DNA of 64,000 nt. Origin: Octopus vulgaris (taxonomy: Eukaryota). The translations under genes and the position numbers were made by a program. The stretch spans positions 37,386,001 to 37,450,000 of the forward strand of contig OX597826.1 of assembly GCA_951406725.2 (NCBI GenBank). The letters are read 5' to 3'. The notes below the pieces were generated by a model. It did no database searches, had not been told where the DNA came from, and was given only the letters and a program-made list of their open reading frames with translations. This document shows, piece after piece, positions 24,859-40,021 of the stretch (position 1 is its first letter; every line of letters begins with the position of its first letter).

Positions 24859-26649
24859 CAGATATATATACTTATATATATGGATGTCTATGTCTATGTA
24901 TGTATGTATAACATATATATCTATGTATATATAAATAAATAGATCTTGATTGACCAATTGAGTAACGGTTTTGTTCTTTTTACATTCGGTGTTTCTAGCG
25001 TCTCCCTTGCTCCAGGATGTTACAGTAAGCTATGAACATGTGCAAGGTCTAGCTCTAATTCATTTGTATCTTTTTTTGTGAAGCATTTGATCTCACGCTG
25101 CTTAAGAATACTAGCCTGTAATGAACAACACACGATGATTGTTGCAGACCTCTCTTTCTATCTCTCCAAATGTCACAGCCTCGATGTTTATCTTAGTCAA
25201 AATTGAAGCGGCTCAGATGTTGTCTGTTTCTATTGCCAGTATGTAGCCACCCACAACAATTTGTAAAAGCCTAGTAGTTCGTGCTACTAGGTAATATTCG
25301 GCTAAGATTGGCAACGATATGTTTTTATTAATGAAAATATATGCAGTGTAACCTTAAAGAAGTACTAAATCTCTCGATGTGAACTTGTTAAAATGATATA
25401 GTTAACACCTGAAATGTGAGAGACTTATGGAATGCATTAACGACCATCAAAATAGGATTTCATGTTCCTTAATAAATAGGAAAATCGGTAGTGAGGAGGT
25501 TGCTTGTACGAATAACTGGAAGATAATTGAAGTAATTAGTGTTAATTGAATAGATGAGCGAATTTAATCTCTCGCTTAATTCCTGTCATTCAATTCGCCC
25601 AATCCTAAACCCCGTTTATCTATGTTTATATAAATCTGGTTGAATCAATCACTTTCATGATGCACGGAATCATGCCAACATTTGCAGAAAGTGAATAATG
25701 CCATAATGGAAGATACTTATCATATCCGCACAAAGGCTTTATTGTTGCTGGGATTCCTTCATAGAAGAGGTTAACCTTTCTAAAGCGTCAGAGACTGTGA
25801 GGAGGTCATATTTAAAGTCTATACATAGTGTCAGAAGTCTTGGATAATTGCCAACAAATCGTAATGATAATTGCTACAAAAGAATTCCATGAAACTGTTA
25901 TTGAATATTAAGATATGCCCCTGAAAAAGACTTGCTGATAATAATGCCATCTATAAACAGCGAAGGAAATGGAATATATTTTTCCCTTTTTTATATATTG
26001 AAAATGTTTTCTAAAATAATGGTATATATGTGTTTCACAGCGTTGGAATTTGTTAGGATAAAAATACACAAGTAAACACATTTGAATCTGATACTGGATA
26101 TTTATGATCACAAACCTCACTTTATCAACTCTTTACTGAGTTGGAGAAAGTGATTTCTGCTAGAAATGTTGTAATTTATAGGCTAATAGATACTGTTTCC
26201 ATCTGAAGATGATCACTATTGATAATCAAATGTCCGTTGATAATGCAGAGGCACTTCAAGAAGGAAAAGTATGTGATACGGAATAATAAGCTTCGTAAGC
26301 GTGAGCCGTAGTGTAGGGGTTCGCGATAAAAAATAGGATAAGTGACTGCAGACATTTTTAAATGTTCATTTCACTGTGTAAATTATAGGCTACGCATGTT
26401 GAAGAGTGTTATACAATGTTATGATAGTATAAAATAAAAGACTGAGAATGAAATCTTAAATAAAATAGGTATACATATATGACAGATAAGATTGTTTCAG
26501 ATCGTATTTGTTCTAAGTAAATTATAAGTCAAATAAGTTACAAAAAAAAGGACTCATCTTAATAACACTATTCTATGCAGATCCTAACATATATATTGAA
26601 GATGTGTCATCTAAAATATTAAATGTCTCCAACTTTCAAACGGCCTGGT

Positions 26650-26960
26650 TTTGTGCTAAGTTGAAGAAAAGGCTTTGATTTGGGAGAACTTCATTGCCAG
26701 ATGTATTGAAACTTGTTCTGAACATTCCATGTCACTCTTTGTGCATCAGAAGATCAATGTTACTGTCATTAACTTCCGGCGGAAGTCAGTACTTTGAGCT
26801 GCGTATCATCCTTGTAACAAATTCGCAGCTACATATCATCGACGGTCATCTGTTCAATGTACCTTCCACTGAGAAACAAACTTCTGGGAACATTCTACTT
26901 TGCTGGCCACTGTTATCGTGCTGGATAAGCGGCATTAGCAGATGTCACATGTCGGAGATA
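26650..26960 (+). pseudogene. Decayed RTE-clade LINE ORF2 3' region
   Basis: VLKLVLNI followed by FAGHCYRA (TTTGCTGGCCACTGTTATCGTGCT, ~26899), resembling the RLRFAGHCxR motif. Confidence 0.5.
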
Positions 26961-27151
26961 TTCACGCACTAACAGACAACGAAGACTAATCAATGATATT
27001 AATGTTGTTGGCAGAGACTCCCAAAATAAGATTTAAGATCTCTTAAAGAAAATGGGATGAGATTCCTGAAAAACGCATGGTGAAACGTTTCTCGGTTGTG
27101 GTCATGCACGTGCAGGCAGCTCAGGGTGATTCTTGAAAGATAAATATGATA

Positions 27152-27233
<82 letters not shown>

Positions 27234-27238
27234 GTATA

Positions 27239-27424
27239 GTGGTCGTATACTGTCAACTCAATGTGACAGTCCCGTAAGGGAATTACACCACCACCATTTA
27301 GCCCCAGGAAACATCGACGTCTCCTGTCGGCTTCGACACATTTTCTGTGTCCTTATATTTGCAAAGGGGAGGCAATCACCCCCGCAAGCCGGGACAAGGC
27401 ACCTGAAGACATTTGTTTCTGAGT
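27239..27424. other. GC-rich, multi-hairpin island inserted in a (TA)n tract; probable retroelement end
   Basis: Stems CTGTCA/TGACAG, TCCC-GTAA-GGGA, CAGGAAAC/GTCTCCTG, GACACA/TGTGTC; sharp TA boundaries. Confidence 0.5.
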
Positions 27425-28093
27425 GTATATATATATATAGTAACAATCTTCTGCCGACAGTGTTTAGTTACGCATGTATGTGATGACTATTGATGAATCT
27501 ACCCCAATGTTGGCAATGAAATATTTCTTCCATAAGGAAAGTCAATTGAATTCGTGATGTAAACATGTTAACCAGACGTATATAAAGGTAGTCATGATAC
27601 GTGCGACAGAGAATCCAAATCGTATATTGACAATCTGGGATACAATGTACAGCAGTGCACGGAAATGAACAGGAATTGAAGCATCAGACTAGGAAATGAG
27701 ACCTCTTCAGTTACTGTTGAAGCTATTTGGAAAAAAAGCTGAGTTTGGAATAAAAGATGTTGAAATGACTATCATTAGTATTAGATAATATAGCAAGCAG
27801 AGGAGCACAAGCTGTCAGTGTAACATTTTGATCTACTCGTAACAAGACTTGCATTGAAATAACGCCTTGTCTTAATCGTGAGTTACTTTACATCATTTTA
27901 CATATATCTGGTTACTAACTTTTCTAGAGACAGTGTAATATCAGTTGTGATATACAAGGCGGCATATGTGTGTGCGTGGGTGCATGCGTGCTGCCTGTAT
28001 GTATGTATGTATGTATACATACATATATATATACACGCACATACATGCAAACATATCCGTATGTGTATGTATAAATATATATATATATATATA

Positions 28094-28147
<54 letters not shown>

Positions 28148-31100
28148 TGTGTGTGGAGTGTGTGTGTATGTATGTATGTATTACACTATATTTTATATTA
28201 TCTTATGTTATATTTTATTCAATATTGGCAATTCTAAAATAACAGGTTCCTGTGCAATTTAAAGAATAGAAAAGTTGGAAAGGCAAAAATAAACGAAAGA
28301 ATTATTTGGTTCTTGAAATATATTCACAATGTTGATTAGAAGAATCAATTTGAAATATTTGTTGTATTTCGAAAAGAAAACAAGTTTATTTGTTCTGAGA
28401 ACTATATTCAAACAGTTTCAATGGCTGTAGTATGAATTCTAATTTCGTTACACAGAGACGGCGAAGCATGCTGTTTATCAGATTATATTTGTCTGAAACG
28501 GATTCAACAGTCTGTAAATGGAGTGCTATTCACTTTAGTATAAACAAAACCTTTGTAAAAGGTGTATTAACTTTTAAGGGAAGTTCTAGTAGAAAACTGA
28601 AAACATGTATTGCTGTGTAGAGTTTTCGTTTTCAAATTCGCTTCATTTGCTTAATATCTGGCCTGTATAACTTTAGAGTTCATTGGAGCAAAATAGAGGT
28701 TACTTGACATTTTTTCGTTGCTGCTATGTCATAATTTTAAAATAATATTATGAAAATATCAAGCAAAATGACAAACAACATTGGGAAAAGATTTAAGATA
28801 CTATTTTATGTAATAACTCTTTCCTTTTGTATCCCCAGCTCTGCTTTATGATTCCACAAAAAGTGGGTAAATCATCGCTATCATTCCAAACTTTGTTTTT
28901 CTCCCAAATATGGCATTTTAAAACATGAAAACTCAAAATTTGTAATAGAAAATCACTCCACTCATAATTATAATGTTCTGTTTAAAATTCCTTAATGCTA
29001 AGAATTTGTTCAACATTTGTCCAATTTTGTATATATTCTTTTTGATAGTTTCTCATCCTCTTAATTCTCATTTTAGACGCATTCTTTAAAAATATGCTTA
29101 GAATATAATTTCAATCGTATATTTGTTTTATATTTCAATCGTATACTATTTTATATCTGTAATATAGGTTTGCGCATATTTTTGTTGTGATTATTTTATT
29201 ATGGTAGTGAAATTAGCTAAAGTTATATTTTCAACTGTAAAAACACGAAGAAAATATTACACATAAACATTTGCATTCATTTTGCATCAACGTCAAAATC
29301 TGTCAAAGAATGTAATCGAAAAGCAAGTCATGTTTCCTATAAAACATAATATATTAATGCTTCAAACTCCACATACTTATTTTTCCCTTTCTTTTTTCAT
29401 ATTGCATTCATTTATAATAACTGGGCAAGTTCTTATAATAGTGGTCTATTGGCATATACTTTGGACGCAAGACAAAAAGTACATATAACATTTGGTGTGT
29501 GTATTTGATTGCTTCAAGTTTAGGGTCTTAAATATTATTCAACATAGAATATCGATTCCTTCAGCGAATAAATCACATTTACTTACTTCATGTCTATGTA
29601 TATAAATGCAGTTTTTCAAGCTAAAATTACTGCGGAAATGCAGGCGATTGGTTTCAATAAGTGTATCACATGCATTAATTCATATGTATACCAAAATTAC
29701 TGAATGCTATGAACAATACTTTTTCGCCATCAACTTTTTGAGCTTCTAAAATCTTTGTTTAAATACGTTTAATTACGACACATTTCGATATATCCCACTG
29801 TACATTTACGCAAAACGTATTCAATATTGTATATTCTGATATTAGAGCCGAAATTTACGTTTAAAAGCAAACATGGAAAGCTAGAATACATGTTGAAATA
29901 CATGTAGTTTTGAACTTTCATCTGGGAAGAGGTCTTCGATTTTAATTGACGTTATATTTACGGTTTATACTGAGAGATTGCCGCAATTTAACATCGATGC
30001 AACCCTTTAGCCTATCTCTGCATAAAGACTCTTGTATTTGAAGCGTGTAGCGACTCGTGTTCTACATAACTTGCACAGTTTGAAGAAACTGATATTTGGT
30101 TTTGAATAAACATAAGATACTTATAACAAGGGAAAACCAGAATTCGTATTTGTTTTACTATGTGATACAGTTATTATTTCGTGTTCCTTCTTCTTGTAGG
30201 TCTAACATAATATTACGTTACGTTACGAAAGTTGTTTGATGACACTTTGTCTGAAAGAAATATAACACGTTCTATGCCGTTATGTGTGAAACAATACCTA
30301 ATAAACCCAATCAATTTATGAAGTTCTGTAAATTGTTGCATAAGCTAAAGCCTCAGACTTATTGACGAATATTTTGCTGTGTATATACATTTATATATAT
30401 ATACAACGAACGCGTCGTAAAACCATACCTCACGCATTTCTTTACGATGTGAAAAGAGAATAACTACCGTGCTATTTCAAATTGAAAACGTATACTCTGC
30501 CAATGAATCTTGGCTCAGCGAATGTTTCAGTAAATATAGAATTCTGTATTAGGTACAGATTAACTATCAAATATTTACTTTTAAGACCGACCCAAATTCC
30601 TATTTACTTTTATATATAACACACATATTTTCTATTCTTATGTATTAGCTTAAATTATATAACAGAATGTACAATTTCATGCAAATGTTTTTAAGAGATC
30701 ACTAGAATTGTTTTGAAGCATATTTAAAAATCTTATATAGATATACATTTCATTACTCGAAGTTATTCTTCATTGAGAAAAATATTTAAAATTTTGCTGT
30801 GTAAATTGTAAAACTGTTCTGAAGTCTTCTACTTTTTCATTAAATATTTTACATGGAGATGTAATAAGCATGAATTTGACACCTAAACTCTCATCAAACA
30901 AAAAATCTCAATATAGAGAAAGGAGAGGAGCTTCTGTGTACTTACTTATATATACAATACTTCTATATTGTATGGATTTATATATAAATATATAAACCCG
31001 AGCCGAATGCTTGCAAGTTTTAACTCCACTAAATTCTCAACTCACTTTAGGTGGTGATGTTAAACGGGGCTGTACTTAACGTTTACCACTCTTGTAAAAT

Positions 31101-33406
31101 ATGATTAGATTTCCGAACATAGAGATCCTGAACAAATACTAAGAGATACTATCTCTAAATTTGCAGTTAATCACCACTGTGGCACCATAATAAGGAACGC
31201 ATTTATCTCTGATATGGCACTGACGTTTCATTGTTTCACTGGTTAACATGTTTATCAATCATTATGATTTCACAGCCGTTAAAAAGAATATATATTTCCT
31301 AACTTATCATGTCATAATTGATATGATAGTGACAATCACTGTCGTGCTTAACGTTTAGGTTCGTTTATTTCCGCGAGGTCTCTGGATACTCCTTATTTTA
31401 TCATAGTTCACATAACATGGCTTTCATACGTGAGGCGACTCTACTTCACTTGAAATCAACATTTATGTTATTTAAAATGATTTTTTCCTTTTCTTCCTTT
31501 TGCAGTTTTTTTTCTAAATATTTATCGTAGTTTCTTCAAAATTCCTGCAGATAATACCAGAATGCATTTCGAAATACAAGTATGCAAAAATGTGTCTTGT
31601 GTTTGGAAGATTAAATTCTGTGTTTCTTTACACAAAGTAAAAAGTGGTGAATTTTCACCGATGTTTATGGCATGGCCTGGTAACCACAAACGCTTATGGT
31701 TCTTTAACTATGCATATAATATCGGGGGTTTCGTTGTATGCCTTGAGCCAAGCATAGGGCGGGGTTCGCCTCTTTTAGTGGGGAAATGAATGTTTTACCT
31801 TAAATTTCCAATACATTGCAGGATTGCTTCCTACTGTTTTAAGAAAACAAATATATTCGTAAGAGGCGTTAAAAGCACATTTCTGGATTTATGTAAAAAG
31901 GTGTATTGTTTGTATCTACTTTAAAAAATATTTCTTTCTATCCTGGAAATATTTACCTTGGTAAGACAGAATTGTGTTCGCGTTAATTATAGACATTCAC
32001 TCCTTTTGCACATTTCAGTTGCTTTTTGTGCAACTGTATCACCAAAAGTATCATTAAAACAACAACAACGACAATTGCTGCCGGGAAAATAGTGTCCACT
32101 CATATAATATATTACTGAGATGTCTTAAATACCTCAATACTGTTGCCAATCAAGTTTAAGGATATTTAACTGTCCTCAACGATAGTAACTTTAGTAGATG
32201 TAGCCGGAAAGGAAAATGGCCTCCAGCAGATTGATGCCGGTGCAATAAGTCCTTAGTTATTTAACAAAACTAAAATGAACTTCCGTTATGTATAAATAAA
32301 TTAAAGCATAATTTAGCTCTTTTACAATAGTAATTGAGCCTACAGCTGTTTAGGAGCGGTGTAATAGTCTTTACCCGTTTCCCAACCGTAAAATGGCTTT
32401 CAGCTGTTTGCTAACAGGGAAATAATGTTTAGCTGCTTCACTACAATGCTCGACTGTTTGAAATAATAGGAATGAAGCGGTTTCAGCAATCTGTAACAAT
32501 CTTATCAGAAAATCACCTGAACTTGTAATCTAGTGAGAAATAAAGTTTATAGACAATATCCTAAAGATGATAGAGAATGTCATATTACACAATAGAGTTA
32601 CACATTAATCAAACGCCATTTTGGTTTTCTGCCAATTTTCAGAAATTCTTATGTTGTAATTCTAGTAAGATACTGTCAGTAAATATTCTCGACGAAATTC
32701 TATTCGATAAAGTTGCAGCCAGTGAAGGAAGCATTATCCTCGATAGACCTGTTAGAAATAGCAACCAAATATCACCCAAATCATCTTAAAGAAGGACTTA
32801 GCATCTTAAAGAAGGACTACCATATAACTAAATATAGTTCCAGGTATACTAACAAAACTGTATTTTATAGGTTGGAAAATCTTTGTTCTTTAAATTACGT
32901 TTACCTGGGGGTAAATAACAGTCATGAGCAATAACAGTCATCTGATTCAGTGCTCAGACCTAACAGTATGGGAAATAAGTTCCAATACATTAATGGTACT
33001 CCAAAAACAATTATTTAAACAAGGAATCAGGGAACCCTTCATTGGTTTTCACCTTCTGCTGGCCCAAGGCAGTAACGGGAAAGAGAACATTTTGGAATGC
33101 GGTTGACGGTGAAAAACGTCCGAAAATACACGGATTGGCGCACATAATGAGACACACTAACAAACACACACACACACACACACATTCCCACTCACACACA
33201 CACACAATGAATGCTGAAATGAACGGCAAGGGCGAAACAAAACTTGCTGATTTTCCATTTTCAAAAGCAAAGTTTTAAGTTTTAGTGTTTAACTAGCCAT
33301 TGATTTGAGCAGTTCTGACACTTGGGTGTTCCTAATCCTACAACAAAAGCGGATGAATAAAAGGTCTAAATAATGAGGGATTAGTTTCACATATTATATT
33401 ATTACT

Positions 33407-33640
33407 CGAATGCGGCGAGCTGGCAGAATCGTTAGCACGCTGGGCGAAGTGATTAGCAGTATTTCGTCTGCCGCTACGTTCTGAGTTCAAATTCCGCCGA
33501 GGTCGACTTTGTTTTTCATCCTTTCAGGGTCGATAAATTAAGCACCAGTTATGCACTGGGGCCGATGTAATCGACTTCATCCGTTTGTCTGTCCTTGCTT
33601 TTCCCCTCTGTGTGTAGCCCCTTGTGAGCAGTAAAGAAAT
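33407..33640 (+). mobile_element. Full-length tRNA-derived SINE (Deu/Nin-domain type) with 16-bp TSD
   Basis: TGGCAGAATCG A-box-like, GAGTTCAAATTCC B-box, TTTCATCCTTTCAGGGTCGATAAATTAAG central domain; ATATTATATTATTACT at 33391-33406 and 33641-33656. Confidence 0.92.
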
Positions 33641-34313
33641 ATATTATATTATTACTTGTGTATTTTCAATGTGAATTGAACCTTGTATTTCAGTCTTTAC
33701 GTCGTCATGAGATTCACGTGAAAGCCACATGTTCTGAATATTAGACAATTAAATCATGCGTTAAATCCACTTCTCCCTCCCTCGTTTCCTTTCTCTCTCT
33801 TCCTCCCTATCTATCTTACCGTCTCTCCCACCCCGTATATACCTAAACACATTTAATCACCAACAAACTTTGTCACACAGCCAACATCAGAGAAAGTTAA
33901 CACCTAATCCTTTCTGTCGCCAATTAACAGCAAATAGTATGTCCACACACTCGCGCGCACACTTGCACGCACACACATACACACATACATATATTATGTA
34001 CATATCTGAGTGAGTGTATAGATGTGTATGTATACGTTTATATATATATGTGTATACATATCTGTCTGTCTGTGTGTGTATGTATGTACGTATGTATGTA
34101 TGTATGTATGTATGAATGCATGTGTGTATGTATGTGTGAGTGTGAATTTATGCGTATTTGTGTCAGTGCACAGTGATCTCTGTATGTGACTGACGCTAGC
34201 AAACAATTAGGTATGGTTTTGCAATCATAGTCAACACGTATAAGCCCCCATCCATACACAGACATACAGAAACATAAATAAAACCACATACACATATAAA
34301 ACGTGCATATGTG

Positions 34314-34382
<69 letters not shown>

Positions 34383-34417
34383 GTTTATATATATATATAC
34401 ATACATATTACACACAC

Positions 34418-34491
<74 letters not shown>

Positions 34492-35037
34492 TATTTTTGT
34501 TTGACTTTAAAACAATAATTAATTAGATTTTTTCCCCAGAAAAACATAGCAACTGGCTAAGTGTAAATGCGGCAAATATAAAAACGAAAAATGTAAGAGA
34601 AAACATATTGGTAAATACATATGAAATGGTGTGTAAAAATTAACTACTCTATAAATTCATTTATGATTCTGCAATTAAACGAAAAACATGAAAGTGTTTC
34701 AAAGAATGAAACTGTTTGCGTACAGACTTAATCTAAAACGCAATACAGTTCTGTTAGTCATTATACCAATGTTGTTCAGATTATTCCGATAGAAACAAAG
34801 AGATTGAAACAAAGTGTAATATAATTATTAATAGACTTTTAACTGACCCTTGTAGCTACATGCATACAAATTCTTCTATATTAACAGTAGGTTTTTCGAG
34901 AACATTAAAGCCATTTTGGAAACATCAAAAACTTTGACTAATTTTATTATTTCATATAAAAATATTGGTTGTAATGGACCGTAAACTGTAATAGAAACAT
35001 CGACACCAGCAATGATAATAACGATAATAAACTTACT

Positions 35038-35176
35038 AATGATGATGAGGTTGATGATGACGATGAGTGTGAAGATGAAGTAGGGCGGAAGGGGGATCAT
35101 GATGATAATGATGACGTAGTTGATGGTGGTGGTGGTGATGGTGGTGGGGATGATAATGATGATGAAGAGGAGCATC

Positions 35177-35214
<38 letters not shown>

Positions 35215-35220
35215 AATGAT
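35038..35220. repeat. (GAT)n/(GGT)n microsatellite
   Basis: Direct reading. Confidence 0.9.
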
Positions 35221-35367
35221 AGAGATGCTTTAAATGTTGTATTTTAGATTTCGTGTCGGTATTATATTAAAACATGTTTACATAAAGCTATTCATTGAAC
35301 TAGAAATATGTATCTGTGCGTGAACATATGTATGTGTGTGCAATATATTTGATTCAAGTTTCGTACC

Positions 35368-35414
<47 letters not shown>

Positions 35415-37343
35415 GCACTCACACTCATATGAACGCACACGCCTAGTTATTGGTACATTCGTACATACATATATTCATACTCGCATGTAAACGCATGTAC
35501 AAACATGCAATCAGACGTCGACTCATAGATACATGTATTCATATCCTTATATATAATTAAGGAAAAATCATTTATGGCAGTCACCCTTGTAATGAGTATT
35601 TACTGGGACATGAAACAAGAACAAATGAACGGTGAACACAACTGGCTCCCTGATGAAACAATCTGTGAGTTTGCTGTAAACGCGTTGAAATGTGTTCTGT
35701 TCTAAATATTTCAAGTTCGACGGAGAATGCAGGACTCTTTATTGATTTCTTCCAATATTTTTGTGCTTGAACTTCCAGTAGTTTAAGTTTATTTTAAATT
35801 TCAGGTGGTTTAGTCTGTAGGGAATGCATTGACTGTGCCGTGTTACAGGACCTCCAAAATGTGGCCTGAGGGAGAAGAGTTTCCTCGGACCAACAACTGT
35901 GGCCTAATATTTGTAACAAAGTGAACTCAGAATGCAAAAAAAATCTTGGAAAATACCGCGAGATATCCAGCCTGATATTCTAATTTTTCTGCCAACTCAA
36001 TGACCGGGCGAAATAACAACCAAGTCTCTCTATAAACACCTTCAATAATTGAGCACGAGGACAGGGGCTTAAATAAATAACATGGAGCTAGAGGACGCTC
36101 CGAGGAAGAAAACCGATGACATGATCATACATGAAATGTTTTTGATCATAGTACTATTGAATCAGGCCCGAGCTGGAGCTTCATATCGCAACAAAACCAC
36201 AGGCCCATACAATCAACATACTGGAATTGTGACGTCCCTGATATCAGTCTTTGGAATTGTCGGTGTCATTGTTTAAAAGGTTTGCTAATTCATCTGCATT
36301 TGTTGTCAATAGGGGAAAACTATCGCAAGTGGATGTATTTGACTTCATTATTTCCATGATATGACGTATTTGCGTAGGTATGTACAAAGTCTTTTCTGTT
36401 TCATGAGAATAATTTGGAAATCTGAATTGTCTATTACTACACTAATGAGAACTAAATTGACTTGTAAATATGATAGAGCATTATTTCATACAGTCTACTG
36501 AATACTGGGAGGGGATGATATATTCAGGATATACAGAGACAAAGACGTGAGCAACATAAGAGATGGAGAAAGTATGTTACGTAATATAAAAGGACACAGA
36601 AGAGAGAACTTCTGAAGATAAAAGAGATAAAAAAGAAGAAAGTAAAATATGAGATTAGAGGAAAAGGAAAAGAAAAGATCGTGAGAAAGGCGACAAGAGA
36701 AAAGAGCTGAGAAAAGTGATGTGAGAGAAAAAAGAAGAGAAAACACAAGAAAACAAATAAGAGGAATCAGAAAAGAGTAGACAAGACAAGGTCGACGGGA
36801 GAAAAATGAGAAAACAAGAGAGAAAAGATACGAGAGAAAGAATATAGAAAAAGAGAGGAAGAAAAACGCACCATCTCGACCCCTCCCCCGTGAAAAAAGA
36901 GTCCAGTATTTCGACTTAAGTTTGTGTATTTTCTTAAGTTAGACATAGCAGAAATAGATTGTTTCTGTCGCTTGCAAGTATCTGAAGCAAAGACCAGATA
37001 TTCGTGATAGACTTCAGAATAATAAAGAAAACGAGGCAGGGGTGACAAATATGTAAATTCCATTTATTGCGAAACATTTTTTTGAAAAAGTAGAATGTAA
37101 TTGATTTCTGTCTTATTACACCTCAGCAGCGAAGTGTTATGTGACATTTGCCAATTCTGTAAGAATAGAAAAAAAAATAACGCATGTTAATAAAGAAAAA
37201 AAAACATCGAGTATCAAGATATTGTAGAACATTCACAGACAGAAAAATTTGAAAGAAATAATATTGCAAGAAATAAAATAACTAATCTCAGGTTTATAAA
37301 GAAATTTTACTAAATTAAATTACGCCCATTGCAATGAGATAGA

Positions 37344-37727
37344 TACACTACGTGGCCAAACGTATCCGGACACCGACCTGATTATGAAGTACAAGTTTGG
37401 GCCACCCTCCATCAAGGAACACTGGCAGTCAATAGGGTGTTGTTCCACCTTTAGCTCTGATGACAGTCTCCACTCTCGCAGGTATACTTTCAATCAGGTG
37501 GCGGAAGGTGGCACAGCCCCGAAATGAGCAAGAGTATCAATGTTGGTCGGTGTGGTCTAGCACGAAGTCGGCGTTCCAAAACATTCCAGAGATGTCCGGT
37601 GGTATTTAAATCAGAACTCTGCACAGGCCAGTCCATTAGCGGGACGTTGTTGTCAAACTACTCCCCTACAACCCAGTAGTATGGATGGGCGCTCGGTCGT
37701 GTTGACAGACACAACGGTCATCCCCGA
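37344..37727 (-). mobile_element. Tc1/mariner transposon 3' remnant with one terminal inverted repeat
   Basis: TA+CACTACGTGGCCAAACGTATCCGGACACC terminus; minus strand CQHDRAPIH, DWPVQSSDLNTTGHLWNVLERRLRARP and LIESIPARVETVIRAKGGTTPY* (stop 37429-37431) match the Tc1 transposase C-terminus; catalytic E replaced. Confidence 0.9.
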
Positions 37728-37884
37728 TGCTGGTGAATTTACGTCCCCATAACTTTGCGATTCGGCAAAAAGTGATCGATAGAATAAGTACCAGACTTAA
37801 AAGAAAACAAATAATGGGGTCGATCCATCCGACTAAAAATTCTTCAAGGCGGTGCCCCAACTTGGCTGCATTCTACAACTGATA
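37728..37884 (+). mobile_element. 3' half of a SINE abutting the Tc1 remnant
   Basis: TTTACGTCCCCATAACTT..GATAGAATAAGTACCAG..CGACTAAA..TTCAAGGCGGTGCCCCA matches the 3' parts of the 42140 and 60115 SINEs. Confidence 0.8.
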
Positions 37885-39002
37885 TATGTAGGTGTGTATA
37901 AATAAAATCAATACGTGAGATTCAGAGATGCTCAATATCGAACGCAATATCGAACACACATAGTAGTGCTCGAATGATTTCCTGGGGGAAGCTGATGTGT
38001 TGGGTCCTTGAGCGAAATCATCAGCTCCCCTTGTGGTTTACTCATCATGAACACCGACCAACTGAGTGTTGGTGCAAACTTGTCTCTTTATACCTTTTGT
38101 ATCATTTATGTAATGCTGGGACAAAGGGAATGTGGTGGGACAAGGGCTGTTCATCCCTTCATAGGCATCGATTGCAATTAGCGAAAGACCTGTACATGCT
38201 TCCAAGCCATACACTCTGGTAAAGGACTTTGAGCTTCAATGTGAACATTTTCTACACACTGCATCTGCAATAAGGTCACCCACCCATCTCAAGTGCTAGG
38301 AATTAAAAAAGCTCACGCACTATGTTAAACAAATAACAGTTTCTCCGATATATATATATATATATATGTTATTGATCTTCTGTGAACATGTTGAGAACTT
38401 ATACTATCACAGGATTTTTCCTCTCAGTCTGTTTGTATGTCAGTTGTCTCGATAAAACTGCTCTCTTTAGTATTGTCATCGCTGCTGTTGTTGCTGCATT
38501 AAATGTTGTTGGGTTTTTTTTCTGAACACCGAGTATGTATATGTTGTTGTTGTTGCTCTTTTAGCGCTTCTTTTTATCCTTTCATATACATTGTAATATA
38601 AATAAGCAATAATGTGCCAATAACAAAGACTGCATACTTACCTCGAGACAATATCATTTTTGCATTGTGCTAAGCTAAAATCTCTCTCAGGAACAATGCA
38701 TGGTTATGTACAGATGCAATAAAACCAAATAAAAATTTCAGTTATAACTATATTACATGGAATTAGGTTGACGTCATCACTGTAGGCCATTTCCTAAATA
38801 AAAAAAAATTACCATGTAAAAATAGCACAAAAGCAAACAGACACTCGTACACATATACACACACCATAGACAATGTATAGTAATAATGGAACATTTGCCG
38901 AAAAGATAGCGTATGTAATATATTTTATACGTGTCTGTGGGAGTGTGTGCTTTTATGTGGAAATATCTGTGTAAGGGAAGGTGTATCAGTGTAGAGGGAA
39001 GT

Positions 39003-39043
<41 letters not shown>

Positions 39044-39063
39044 GTTTAGACACATATAATCGC

Positions 39064-39099
<36 letters not shown>

Positions 39100-39715
39100 T
39101 GTATATATATATGTATGTATGTATGTAAGTATGTATGCATGTATGTATGTATGTATGTATGTATGTATGTATGTATGTATGCATACACACATGTATATCG
39201 AAGGAACTTACACAAAAAACATGTTTTTAGCTTTACAGGAAATTAAAGAGTCGAGTGACAATTAAAATTTGGAAACGTTTATCTTTTATTTCACATTAAC
39301 ACAGCATCAACTTCTGCAATCTCCATTTCTCGTGGCTCTGTCAAGATACACGTAGACGTTCTCTTAAAAATTATATCTCCAAAATTTCTCATAATAAGGG
39401 AAGGATTTGCGGAAATTGGAAATAATCAATATAAGAGAGTTAGGCTTTAGCTGAGGTACTGTTATTTCACTAATAACAAAAGAAGGCTCCATGTTAGAAT
39501 TTAGATAGTTGTGAATGAATCTCTTTGAAACAGAAGACAAAAATGATATTCTCATGAATGAATTGACATACATACATATATGTGGGTGTATGTGTGAACG
39601 TCTGTGTGCGCATGTGTGTTTATGTGTGTGTGTTCTTTATATTGTCAGCGGGGATATGTACGTCTGGCGATTGCCCAGCTTTTGGCATGTAGTCATTTCA
39701 GCTTTTGGCAAGATT

Positions 39716-39804
<89 letters not shown>

Positions 39805-39843
39805 TACATACATATATATATATATACATACATATGTATGTAT

Positions 39844-39875
<32 letters not shown>

Positions 39876-39973
39876 TTCATGTGGATTAAAATATAGTTTG
39901 TACGCACAGACATCACACCCAGAGAAATTAATAATTTTCTATTGCATTCTTACATATATATGCATGTATGTAT

Positions 39974-40021
<48 letters not shown>

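Noticed and set aside
25400-25810. Possible minus-strand CR1-like RT start (GIPA.., VGMIP..)
   Set aside because: Requires multiple frameshifts and no motif is intact; similar weak LINE hints at 10540-10850 and 17700-18260 are also left uncalled
26198-26240. CTGAAGA-TGAT..ATC-AAATGTC
   Set aside because: G12 is missing and helix I is unpaired
35645-35692. CTGATGA...GTAAACGCGTT
   Set aside because: GAAA is disrupted and there is no helix I
35804-35930. Acceptor-like TTTCAG followed by GLVCRECIDC
   Set aside because: Stop after ~20 codons; no donor or partner exon found
37985-38030. GGGGAAGCTGATG..CATCAGCTCCCC hairpin containing CTGATG and GAAA
   Set aside because: The core bases are sequestered in a simple stem, incompatible with hammerhead topology
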